A DNA stretch of 37,662 nucleotides. Origin: Sedimentisphaerales bacterium (GTDB lineage Bacteria; Planctomycetota; Phycisphaerae; Sedimentisphaerales; SM23-30). Under the pieces are notes generated by a model. It had not been told where the DNA came from. It did no database searches and saw only the letters and a list, made by a program, of their open reading frames with translations. The position numbers and the translations under genes are program-made. The stretch lies in contig CAXXMR010000004.1 in assembly GCA_963663805.2 (NCBI GenBank), positions 1 to 37,662 of the forward strand, given 5' to 3'. Below are positions 28,458 through 37,662 of this stretch, in pieces. Position 1 is the stretch's first letter. The number at the start of each line of letters is the position of its first letter.

Positions 28458-29333
28458 TTAGTCGAGGCGAATGCCGCGGCCGATAAGATAATCCTTGAAG
28501 TCATCCATTTGATTCTCAAAAACGTCCTGGTCGTAACCCTCTTCCAATTTGCTAATCTGCTCGGCTAAATCGCCCTGCTCGACAATCACTTTCGAGAGGC
28601 GGTCCTCCACCTCGTCGGCAACTATCCGCAGGGCATTGACATTGACATCAATATGCAGCAGCGATGCTATCCTCCGAACCATCGACTCGATACAGCGGGG
28701 ATTGCGTCCCTGGATATAAGCGGGAATCTCGGCGACCAGAGTAGACATCCGCAGTCCCATCCGACCAGCCTGCCGGGTCAGATAAGTCGTAAAACTCGCC
28801 GGCCCTTCGTAATCACTAAAACGAATATTGTACTTGTCAAACTGCTCTTTCAAATCCTCGTCGCTGACCGAGCAGGTATAACGCGGCTCACGAGTATGGG
28901 GCACCAGGCCAGCGACACTGCCAATGAAATATATCTCCTCGACCGAAAACCGTCGCGCCGCCTCGAACAGACACTCAGCAAACGCCCCCCACTTCAAATG
29001 CGGCTCACGCCCCACAAACAGCACCAACCCGTTTTCCTCGTTCACATAGAAAGTGTTGTCAGCATCGTCATATTCGGTTATAAGACCTTCTTCAATCCGC
29101 ACATGGGGCCGAAATATCGCTGAAACTTCCATATTACCCGGAATGTTGTATATATAAAAATCGTCCGGCAGAATCCGCCCCGCCTGGCGGCATTCCAGCG
29201 ACTCCGAAAGATACTCAACGCTGCCGGTAGAGACCTCCCCGCCATCCATCCAGCCGGTAAAACCCAAAATCATCCGGCCCGACTTAAAACCACCCTTGCT
29301 CTCAAATATCCGCAACTGCTCAGCCACCATCAA
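28458..29333 (-). CDS. PAC2 (proteasome assembly chaperone)-family protein
   Basis: GFTGWMDGGE..T, RPHVRIEEG, GREPHLKW, VPHTR, YEGP..F and IPAY..L..LEE.YD patterns. Confidence 0.82.
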   Translation of the reverse strand: MMVAEQLRIFESKGGFKSGRMILGFTGWMDGGEVSTGSVEYLSESLECRQAGRILPDDFYIYNIPGNMEVSAIFRPHVRIEEGLITEYDDADNTFYVNEENGLVLFVGREPHLKWGAFAECLFEAARRFSVEEIYFIGSVAGLVPHTREPRYTCSVSDEDLKEQFDKYNIRFSDYEGPASFTTYLTRQAGRMGLRMSTLVAEIPAYIQGRNPRCIESMVRRIASLLHIDVNVNALRIVADEVEDRLSKVIVEQGDLAEQISKLEEGYDQDVFENQMDDFKDYLIGRGIRLD

Positions 29334-29377
29334 ACATTCCTTTCTATTCAGATCTCTATTCGGATCTTTCAGAAATT

Positions 29378-29406
29378 ATTATAAGATAATCACCTGGCAC
29401 AAGCAA
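29378..29406 (-). promoter_or_regulatory. Putative sigma70 promoter for PAC2-aroA
   Basis: Minus strand TTGCTT-N17-TATAAT. Confidence 0.6.
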
Positions 29407-29446
29407 GGAACGAAAAGCCAGCCCAGAAAACGGTTTTTTTGCCCAC

Positions 29447-29475
29447 TTGACCTTTTTTATATATGGAACTACAAT
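29447..29475 (+). promoter_or_regulatory. Putative sigma70 promoter for the LPS-kinase-like gene
   Basis: TTGACC-N17-TACAAT. Confidence 0.6.
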
Positions 29476-29524
29476 CGGGGTCTATAATATAGTGGTTTTT
29501 GATTGTTAAAAAGGTAACAGGTTA

Positions 29525-30351
29525 GTGGAAAAACTTATTATCTCTGACAGGTATCGCGCGCTTTTCACACGCCATGGGCTGACTGACCTTTCGGATTTTT
29601 TCAGCTTTAATAACGGCAGAATAATCAACCGCAATTCCCGCCGCCAGGTCAGCGTGCTGGAACTCGAAGGACAGACTTTCTTTATGAAGTCTTTTTACAA
29701 ACCCCACCTGAAAGATATCGTATCCTCTTTCAAGGCTCTGGGAAACCGGCGTCGATTGCGGGGCTGGAATATTTCGCCACTAAGAAGCTGCTTGATAATC
29801 ACATCGAAACCTATCACCCGGCGGCTTTCGGACAGGAACTAAACTGCGGCATTGAAAAAAGATCCTTTATCATGACAAAAAAACTCCATGCCGACTGCCT
29901 AAATGATTTTTGCAATCTCAACTGGCAGAATTTATCCAACCGCAAAAAACACAATTTCGTCACCCAAATGGCCCTTTTCGCGAAAAAAATACACCATCAC
30001 GACATCTCCCTGCCCGACCTCTATACTCACCATATTTTCCTCAATCCAGATGGGCAAATGAAGAATTTCCAGTTCGCGGTTATTGACCTGCACCGCATGA
30101 CTCGCTCCCGCAGTCTAAAAGAAAAGGCCCATAACCTGGCAGCTTTGCTGTTTACGATGATTCCTCAATTTTTCCCCAATGAACTCAAAGAGGAATTCCT
30201 CAAGGCCTACAGCGATGACCAACCCGTCGCTAAAATCCGCAACCTCATAGAACGCCAAATCAACAAACTCAAGAACCGAAGAGCCGACCCGCTTAAAACA
30301 TGGCGGATAAACAGCAACGCCGAATTACCGGGCAATTTGTTACGCGCGTAA
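29525..30351 (+). CDS. Kdo/WaaP/InaA-family lipopolysaccharide kinase (indel at about 29745)
   Basis: 29525.. (FFMK) joins via AGLEYFATKKLLDNHIETYHPAAFG..SFIMT to the 29872 ORF, which carries H...PDLYTHHIF and VIDLHR kinase motifs. Confidence 0.78.
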
Positions 30352-30382
30352 AAAAAGCCGCAGTCATAAACTACGGCAGTTT
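30350..30382 (-). terminator. Putative terminator between convergent kinase and PilZ genes
   Basis: Minus strand GCCGTAG-tttatga-CTGCGGC followed by a T-run. Confidence 0.55.
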
Positions 30383-30431
30383 AACACTTTCGCATCTCCG
30401 CTGGACCAGAAAAATCCGGGAGCGTCCTATT

Positions 30432-30788
30432 TTAGACCATTATCGGCAGGTTTTCACCCAACGGAAGTTTATCACCCAGGGACTCGTGCAGACGCAAAGC
30501 AACTTTACATTTATCACCCTCAGTGTCTATCCGAATTACTTGCGACCATTGATAATAGCTGCCCATCTGGAATTCATCTTTTTCGAGAACCGGATAGCTG
30601 AAACGCGTCAGAACATGATTTCCCACCTGGGGACAGTCGTTTTTCGGTAATGAAAAGCAAACGCCCTGGTCCGAAAGGTCCACTACCTTACCCCGATGCA
30701 ATTCACCGCTGGGGTCATAGCCAAACCAAATGGGCCAGGAAAAACGTACTCGTTCACTGTTCCTTCTGTCTTGTTCTGCTGCGCACAT
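30432..30788 (-). CDS. Stand-alone PilZ domain protein (c-di-GMP receptor)
   Basis: RRNSER (RxxxR) and DLSDQG (DxSxxG). Start is probably 30788 after GGAG; the ORF is open to 30809. Confidence 0.85.
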   Translation of the reverse strand: MCAAEQDRRNSERVRFSWPIWFGYDPSGELHRGKVVDLSDQGVCFSLPKNDCPQVGNHVLTRFSYPVLEKDEFQMGSYYQWSQVIRIDTEGDKCKVALRLHESLGDKLPLGENLPIMV

Positions 30789-30868
30789 AGCATCTCCATT
30801 TCTCTGCATGTTGATTTCCCCGGCCGTTTTTTTTCGGCCTTTACTACTTTACAACGCTTATGTGATAT

Positions 30869-30896
30869 TATTCGGAAAAAGCCCTGCCCCGATTAA
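30869..30896 (-). promoter_or_regulatory. Sigma28(FliA)-like promoter candidate
   Basis: TTAA-N16-TCCGAATA upstream of the PilZ gene. Confidence 0.3.
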
Positions 30897-31069
30897 CATA
30901 AAAATTAGAAAATCACCCCGGAAAAAACTAAAAAAAGTTTTTCATCACCCCACCCGCTCTAATGAGAAAATAACGGCTTGTGTCCCCGATTATTTACTAA
31001 TGGAAAACACGCCCCCGCCTCCCCCGGTTCTCTCCCGTATTCCGCAGTAAAAAGTTATCGAACCTCTGA

Positions 31070-31918
31070 TTATTCAACCAGAGCCCGGACAACTTCGAGT
31101 TCCTCTTCGAGCTTATTGTTTACCGCTTCGAGCTGTTCGCGAGTCAGATGCAGTTCGGCCAGATAAGAATCCAGCACCTCATTGGCCTCAACTGTCATTT
31201 TCAACCCCAATGAACGATTCGCGCAGAGTACATCAGAAATATGAGTCACGATTGCCAGCAGACGATTTTCCGCGGCTAGTTCGGTGGGATTATGATGGTA
31301 ACCGGAAACATACTGGAACGAACGTGGGAACTTCCACTGTTCGGTCAGGGCCTTGCCAACCGCTTCGTGATTGGTGCCCAGCACACGCTCTTCGGCCTGG
31401 CGGAAGGAAACACCGCTCTTATACAGCTTAACCACTTCGGCAAGCTTCTCGGCATGAACCTGCATTATCGCGACCAGCCCCAAATCGTGAATCAGACCAG
31501 CCAAAAAGGCCTCGTCCGGCAGAGCCATACCCATTTCCATGGTGATAAGTTTATTGGACGCACCTACAGCAACGCTGTGGGTCCATAAGTCAGCACCGGT
31601 AAAATCGTCACAAATCAAACCGTTTTTGAACATCTTGGTAAGCGAAGCCGCCACCGCGATATTCTTCACCGCGTTAAGGCCCAACAGCATAATGGCCCGG
31701 TCAATACTGCCTATCTGACCCGGCAGACCATAAAACGCTGAGTTGACCACGCGCAATACTCGCGCAGACAAAGCCGGATCGTTAGCGACAATCTTGTGAA
31801 GGTCACGAGCAGTACTTTGGGGATCCTGCACCACCTCGATAATCCGCATGGTTATCTGAGGCAGGGTTGCGATCTCTAACGTTTGGTTGACAATATCTGA
31901 GGTCGAATCTTTTGTCAC
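31070..31918 (-). CDS. HDOD domain protein
   Basis: LPQ, DPALSARVLRVVNSAFYG, LWTHS, AFLAGLIHDLG, E..LGTNH..VG..L..W.FP and YHH motifs. Confidence 0.92.
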   Translation of the reverse strand: MTKDSTSDIVNQTLEIATLPQITMRIIEVVQDPQSTARDLHKIVANDPALSARVLRVVNSAFYGLPGQIGSIDRAIMLLGLNAVKNIAVAASLTKMFKNGLICDDFTGADLWTHSVAVGASNKLITMEMGMALPDEAFLAGLIHDLGLVAIMQVHAEKLAEVVKLYKSGVSFRQAEERVLGTNHEAVGKALTEQWKFPRSFQYVSGYHHNPTELAAENRLLAIVTHISDVLCANRSLGLKMTVEANEVLDSYLAELHLTREQLEAVNNKLEEELEVVRALVE

Positions 31919-31930
31919 GGTACTAATCCT

Positions 31931-33088
31931 CTAATAAACGATCCGTTTTTGCCTGAGCCGCTCGTCCAGCGTAACTTCCGCCAGAACTCCTACGATTCTA
32001 CTGCTGCTCTTGCCGTCTCCATATATTCTGTTTCCACGTCGGCCTGTCCGTTGCCGGCCCAGCACTGTCGCCACTCCCGCCGAGACCGACTTACTGCCGT
32101 AGGGCACATCCAGGACGTTCGCGCCACGCTCACGTCCGCTTTGACGTAACCCAACGTTTACTACATCGACATTTAGATAGCCGGCCTCAATTATTCCGCT
32201 GGAACTATTACCAACCAGTACGCGGCAACGCTTGAGCCAACCCAGATAAATCTCCCTGGGAACGCTCTTTACCAGGGACCAGCCCCGCCGCGAACACACC
32301 TGCTGGGCCGCCCTAACAATACCCGAAAAACCACTATCCGAATTCGGGTATAAGGCTATACATTTCAAACAGTTACCAGAAATACCCGCCAGAGTTTGCC
32401 GCATCCTTTTTTCCTCCTGGGCCGCTGTTCCGCCGGCTGGATGCTGGACTACCAGGGCAAAATCTTCGGAAATATCAAAACCGGCCAAATTGCTCAAAAG
32501 CTCATAATCTTTACAAATTAATTCCTTTATTCCGTCCAAACCGGGCGAACCGGTCCGATAAATACGATTTTTCGCCTCGCCCATCCGCTCCAGACGCTGC
32601 TTAGCGCCTTTAGTGGTGACAAAATGAAGGTGCGCAAGCTTGCTTATGGCATGACGATAGGCGTCATCCCGGACCCCCTCGGCAACCTCGCCGCCGTGAA
32701 TATGGGCCAGAACTACTCCCGAAGCAGTCGCCGCAGCGGCAGCGGCGAACGCCTCGATACGGTCGCCGAGCACCAAAACAATATCGGAACCAAATCCCCC
32801 TAAAATACCGCTAATAGCACTAATAGCCCGCCCCATACCTTTGGCTTGTTCGATCGCATTATCGGAGTCATCCTGTAACCGCACTTTGCCAACGATGTTC
32901 CAGCCATCAGATTCGATTTCACGAACCGTCACACCAAAACGCTTCAGCAGGTGCATTCCTGTCACAATCAACTGCAATTCCAGCCGCTTGTCGGCGTCTA
33001 TGGCCTCCAGAACGCTGCGCAGCAGGCCGTATTCCGCCCGTGAGCCGGTTACTACCGCTATACGTCTTTTACGATTCCTACCGCTCAT
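31931..33088 (-). CDS. neuC: UDP-N-acetylglucosamine 2-epimerase (hydrolysing)
   Basis: TGSRAEYG, TGMHL, LGDRIE, HIHGGE, RHAISKLAHLHF, VGNSSSGIIEA, RQSGR and YGDG motifs. Confidence 0.92.
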   Translation of the reverse strand: MSGRNRKRRIAVVTGSRAEYGLLRSVLEAIDADKRLELQLIVTGMHLLKRFGVTVREIESDGWNIVGKVRLQDDSDNAIEQAKGMGRAISAISGILGGFGSDIVLVLGDRIEAFAAAAAATASGVVLAHIHGGEVAEGVRDDAYRHAISKLAHLHFVTTKGAKQRLERMGEAKNRIYRTGSPGLDGIKELICKDYELLSNLAGFDISEDFALVVQHPAGGTAAQEEKRMRQTLAGISGNCLKCIALYPNSDSGFSGIVRAAQQVCSRRGWSLVKSVPREIYLGWLKRCRVLVGNSSSGIIEAGYLNVDVVNVGLRQSGRERGANVLDVPYGSKSVSAGVATVLGRQRTGRRGNRIYGDGKSSSRIVGVLAEVTLDERLRQKRIVY

Positions 33089-33200
33089 CTAGCCTTCCTG
33101 GGCTCACCGTGACGAACCACTATTAAACTAGTTGCATCATTTACAGCCATACATGCCTCTTGCTGCCTTTATTACCACAGAAGCGAGCAAAGGCAACCAT

Positions 33201-33240
33201 AAAAAAAGAGGACAAATGCACAAACGGCACCTGCCCTCTT
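33201..33240 (-). terminator. Intrinsic terminator after the MCP-CZB gene
   Basis: Minus strand GAGGGCAGGTGC-loop-GCATTTGTCCTC followed by a T-run. Confidence 0.65.
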
Positions 33241-33260
33241 CGATAACGTGTTAAAAACGA

Positions 33261-36200
33261 TTACGCTTCACTGCCGACTTTCTCTTCGCGGGGTTTTTCT
33301 CTTTCCGCCGCGACAGACAACTCATCGAGAAGATTGAACATACCTTCGGTTACACCGTGGAAATTACCGAAAATCTCACGAGCTTCTTCAATCTTACCCT
33401 GCTCATACATACTCACAATCTCACGGGCCATGGCGTGTACTTTGGCGTGGCGAGGCTCAATATCTTTATAAACCTGCATGTGACCAAAACGCTGCCGCCC
33501 TTCTACTTCATACCACTTACCAAAGGCACAGGTATGATGGTCAGCGACTTCGTCAAGCCTCATGCTCCGACGACCGCCCAGCATTTCCGCCAGCAGTTTC
33601 TTCCAGTTGCTATGGCCGGCCTTTATCGCACCAACATCAAAACCGGTACTGCGAACCTTAAACTGCCCAACCAACTTCTTCAAACTATCGCTCAAACTCG
33701 CAACATGCTCACTGGCATTTTCCATGCGTTTGGACGCTTCGACACTATGATGAGAACGATTGTCAACAACAGTAATATTCCGAGTAATCTCCTGCGAAAC
33801 AGTTGCCGATTCCGTCACCGCACTTGCCACAGTCTGAGAAGCCTGGGAAGTCTCAGCAATATTCGAAGCGATTTCCCGGGTTGTCACACTCTGTTCTTCC
33901 ACCGCCGCCGCGATTGTACGCGAGACACTGTTGACTTCTTTGATAACCTCACGAATCGAGCCAATGGACTCAACCGAAGCGCCGGTGCTGTCCTGAATAG
34001 CTTTGATACGCTTACTAATATCTTCGGTAGCTTCTGCGGTCTGACGAGCCAGTTCCTTTACCTCGCCGGCCACAACCGCGAAACCTTTACCGGCGTCACC
34101 GGCACGAGCAGCCTCAATTGTGGCATTCAACGCCAGCAGATTCGTCTGCTCGGCAATATCCTGAATAACCTCGATTACCTTGCCAATTTCATCAGCGGCG
34201 GCACCCAGCAGACCCATCTTGTCATTGCTGGTCTCTGCCAAACCGGACGCCCTTGTCAGCAACCGTAGCGGCCTGCTCAGCATTGCGAGCAACCTCGGTT
34301 ATACTCGCGGTCATTTCCTCAACCGCCGCAGCAATGGTCTTGACATTAGCGGCCATCTGCTCACCAGAGGCGGCCATGCCTTCCATCGTCGTGGTCATTT
34401 CTTCCGATGCCGCCGAAACACCGCTGGCCTGCTTGCCGATCTCCTCGGAATGGCCCGACATTTCAATCGAACTTGCCGCAAGCTCTACCGAAGCACCGGC
34501 GAGTTTGGAGGCATTACCTACAACATCAGCTATAATTCCATGAAGTTTTTCGACAAACGTATTGAACCATGTACCCAGTTCGCCAATCTCGTCCTTAGTC
34601 TTGACCACGATACGCCGGGTCAAATCGCCTTCGCCCTGAGCAATATCCTTCAGCAAAGATACTGTATCAATCAACGGCCTGACCAACTGACGAGCAATGA
34701 CAACCGCAACACCGGCAACAGCAATAATACTTATAATCAAAACCAGACCACTGGTATAAGCCAGATCCTTGCCGGACTGAGTCGCGGCCTCATCAATCTT
34801 AGTCACCGCTTGCAGAGCTTCATCCTCATTAATTTTCAATACCAGCGACCAGTCCAGTCCCCTGGATATTCATAGGCGTGTAAGCAGCTAAAACACCGTT
34901 GCCATGAGAATCCTTAAATAACCCATTACCCTCACCCGCGCCGGACAATGCCTTGGCAGCATATTCCGTGGTATTCTCATAGCCCAATACATATTTCGGG
35001 TCCATAAAGGTTAAATCTGTCCGGAAACTAATCTTGCTATCCGAGTCTCGCCCGACAATATACGCACATCCGGTCTCGCCCATGCCGGCACGACTGTTCA
35101 CCGCCGCGTTCAGACGGTCCGGCGACAATTGCAACCGCGACAACCATCTCAACTTTGCCATCTATCATAATAGGCGTCGCCATAAACGAAGACATATCGC
35201 CGTTGCTTGGAGCGTAAGAAGCATAATCCGCTACACCCATCTGGCGACTACCCAGCACCGAACGAACCAGCCCACCCAGATTACTCGAACTATACTTACC
35301 CGAAACTAAATTAGTCTGATAATCAGCCTCTTTGCCTACCGTATAGAAACAATATCCGTCAGGATTTATCAGAAACAAATCACGATAGCCGTAAACATCA
35401 ACAAATTCTTTGTAATAATCATCGCCGTCAACGTTTTTGGGACAGTAGGCCTCAGCCACATCTATCTCTGCCATAAGACCCCATTTCACCCCATAAACAT
35501 CAACCGGACAATATGCCGACAATACCGGATTGCCGTTATAATCCAGCACGACTTTGGTATCTGTATTGCCATCAATAGCTTCACGTGACGCCTCGGTATC
35601 GACCTTGCCTTTTTCGGGATTGGCAAAAGAAGCCTTCACCGCATGATTCTCCGGATCAAGAAAAGAATCACTGCGCATCAACTGGTCCTGACCAACCAGG
35701 TAAGTCTCACCAGTTTGCCCTAAGCCACTACGGTCAGTCATAATACTGTTTATCTGATCTAGAGGCACCTGGATCGCCATAACTCCGACAACCGCATGAT
35801 TACTGTCATGCAGAGGCAAACCGATAAATGAACAAGGTTCGCCGTTACTGGGCGCATAAGGCTCAAAGTCCGCCATGGAAACCTTATCATTATCCTTGAC
35901 ATCACGCCACACTTTCGCCAAACCACTATCCTTTAATTTTCCATGTCCCAGATTCTCACCCAAATCAGATTCCTTAGCACAGGTATACATTACATGACCG
36001 TGCTTGGCACAAATCAGGAATACATCATATACCCCACTGTCCTTCTGATACTCCATTACAGCCGGGCCATATGCATCCCATATCTGCTTATACTCAGCCG
36101 TCATCACATCATAATTACCGTCAGCCTGAACTTCGGTGGCCTGATGATACTCAACCAGCTTGGCGTACAAATGCTGTAAATCCGCACCATGCGACAGAGT

Positions 36201-36549
36201 TTCAGCACCGACAATCTTCTCCTCAAAATAATCCTGCAACTGCCCCTTCTTAATATCACGCAAAGCCGATAGCTTAACAAAAGCCTCGGTCCGCAAAGTG
36301 CTGACCGTCTCGGAAACCATGCTCAGGTCTCGCTCGCAGCCGGTATAAACACTCCGGGCTCGGGTCCGCGATCACGTCACGTAACGCCAGAAGCTGATTA
36401 GTCGCGGTCTGCTCTAAACCCGCCAAAGCAAAGCCCTCTATCTCAGAAAGAGATTTATTTGAAACCCGCAGGCTTATCAGCCCCGCAATCAAAACCGGCA
36501 GTACCCCACAGGCAACAAAAGCTATCAGCAACTTCGTCCGAATTTTCAT
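33261..36549 (-). CDS. Large MCP: TM - two dCache-like modules - TM - HAMP - MA - CZB (split by about 4 indels)
   Basis: Pieces 36274-36549, 35037-36320, 34829-35161, 34222-34839 and 33261-34292 join. YAPSNG Cache motifs occur twice, the MA core is [20 protein letters not shown], and the CZB motif is H..W...[11 protein letters not shown]...H..VH. Confidence 0.88.
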
Positions 36550-36621
36550 AACGTTCTCCTATAAAAACTATAGTAATTCCGGATGACAACTCGAATTGTC
36601 ACTCCTGACCTTGTAGCTATC

Positions 36622-36649
36622 ATATCGGTGGCACAAAAGCCCTTATTTA
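36622..36649 (-). promoter_or_regulatory. Sigma28(FliA)-like promoter candidate
   Basis: TAAA-N16-ACCGATAT about 70 bp upstream of the MCP start. Confidence 0.45.
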
Positions 36650-36944
36650 CCACAAACGCGTTATGGTAGACCCAAAATCGCCACCCCACATTAAAAATCA
36701 TCAAAAAAAACACTTAACTACTTACTAAAACTAAACTTAACGTCAAAACAACAACTATTCCCACTCATAATTATATAAAAAAAATTTATCTTTGCCTATC
36801 CCCCAAAAATCCTCAGCCCATCAGTTATGAGACCAAATAAAGCCCAGCATCAAAATCACCCTTTAAAACTTCAAAACCTTAAATTTGCAAAACCCCTGCC
36901 CAAAAAAAGATTCCAACGCCCCCATAACTTCCTTGAAAAAACAT

Positions 36945-36983
36945 AAAAAAAGGCCGAGCGGGTTTAATCGCTCGACCTTTTTC
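36945..36983 (-). terminator. Intrinsic terminator downstream of flagellin
   Basis: AAAAAAAGGCCGAGCG-loop-CGCTCGACCTTTTT hairpin flanked by A/T runs. Confidence 0.7.
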
Positions 36984-37005
36984 TTTAATAAATACTTCAG
37001 GACGC

Positions 37006-37662
37006 TTACAGCAGCGACAGAACATTCTGCGGGGCCGCGTTGGCCTGTGACAAAACACTCGTGGCAGCCTGGACCAGAATCTGAGACCGGGTAAGGTTCG
37101 AAGTCTCGGTCGCAAAATCGGTGTCGCGAATCGCAGAGTCCGCGGCGACCAGATTTTCCTTGGTGATTTCCAGAGAGTTCATGGTTGTATCCAGGGTATT
37201 CTTCTGGAACGCACCCAGACGACCACGCATCTTGGAAATATCCTTTATGGCACTGTTGACAATATTCTGAGCGGTATAAAGGTTGTTACCGCCGAGAGAA
37301 TTGGCACCGCCGGTCTTCAGGGTACTGAGCGTACCATCAGTGGGATTACCCAGGTTAGCGGCCGTCACACTCTGAATACCAATCGATTCCAGACCAATGG
37401 CATCTACCAGAGAACCCAGAGCAAAGTCCGCTCCGCCGCCTGTGATATAGGAACGTCTCGGTAGCACCGGCACCACCGCTGACAGCCTGAGCCATCGTTT
37501 GCACTCATCTCAAATTCGGCATCCAGCATACCGGTACGAATGGTCAGCCTCTTACCGTCGGCAGTGGCCGCTGAACCATTGACAGTCGCCTCAGCGTCAA
37601 CACCGTAGTCCTTGGCGCTGGCACTATTACTGGTATTGTCTTTATTCAGTACAAACGTATCA
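37006..37662 (-). CDS. fliC: Flagellin, C-terminal part (5' end outside window; indel near 37450-37480)
   Basis: RGRLGAFQKN...ENLVAADSAIRDTDFATETSNLTRSQILVQAATSVLSQANAAPQNVLSLL is the flagellin C-terminal domain. Confidence 0.92.

Noticed and set aside
33357..34875. 303-aa and 231-aa + strand ORFs
   Set aside because: Antisense shadows of the MCP signalling domain.
36550..36940. c-di-GMP riboswitch upstream of the MCP
   Set aside because: No GEMM-type GGCAAAC..GAAA..GACGCAAAG pattern was found here or at 17330-17550.

Overview
A mostly chromosomal bacterial window with about 30 genes. Gene content and style suggest Planctomycetota, probably Phycisphaerae; this is an inference. Housekeeping genes are def, rpsT, menG/ubiE, a dusB-type synthase, hisH, argG, aroA, pilD and neuC. 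There is a minor-pseudopilin cluster (GspI/J/K-like) with a DHH phosphoesterase embedded in it, a TIGR03960-type radical SAM protein and a Tat-exported GH109-like enzyme. A motility/c-di-GMP set comprises two MCPs, a REC-GGDEF-HD-GYP protein, PilZ, HDOD, an OmpA/MotB-like lipoprotein and the 3' part of a flagellin. One complete ISL3-family element (17554-19025, 8-bp TSD TTTTTTGG) sits just upstream of an MCP gene. Many genes are split by single-base indels that look like long-read consensus errors. The best novelty candidates are: (1) an AT-rich islet encoding a membrane-anchored protein with four 47-aa TerB-like repeats, a PH-like domain and an HNH nuclease, possibly a defence effector; (2) the pseudopilin-DHH-ComEA-like GspK operon; (3) an MCP with nested dCache modules and a CZB domain. 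No CRISPR array, rRNA or tRNA was recognised.
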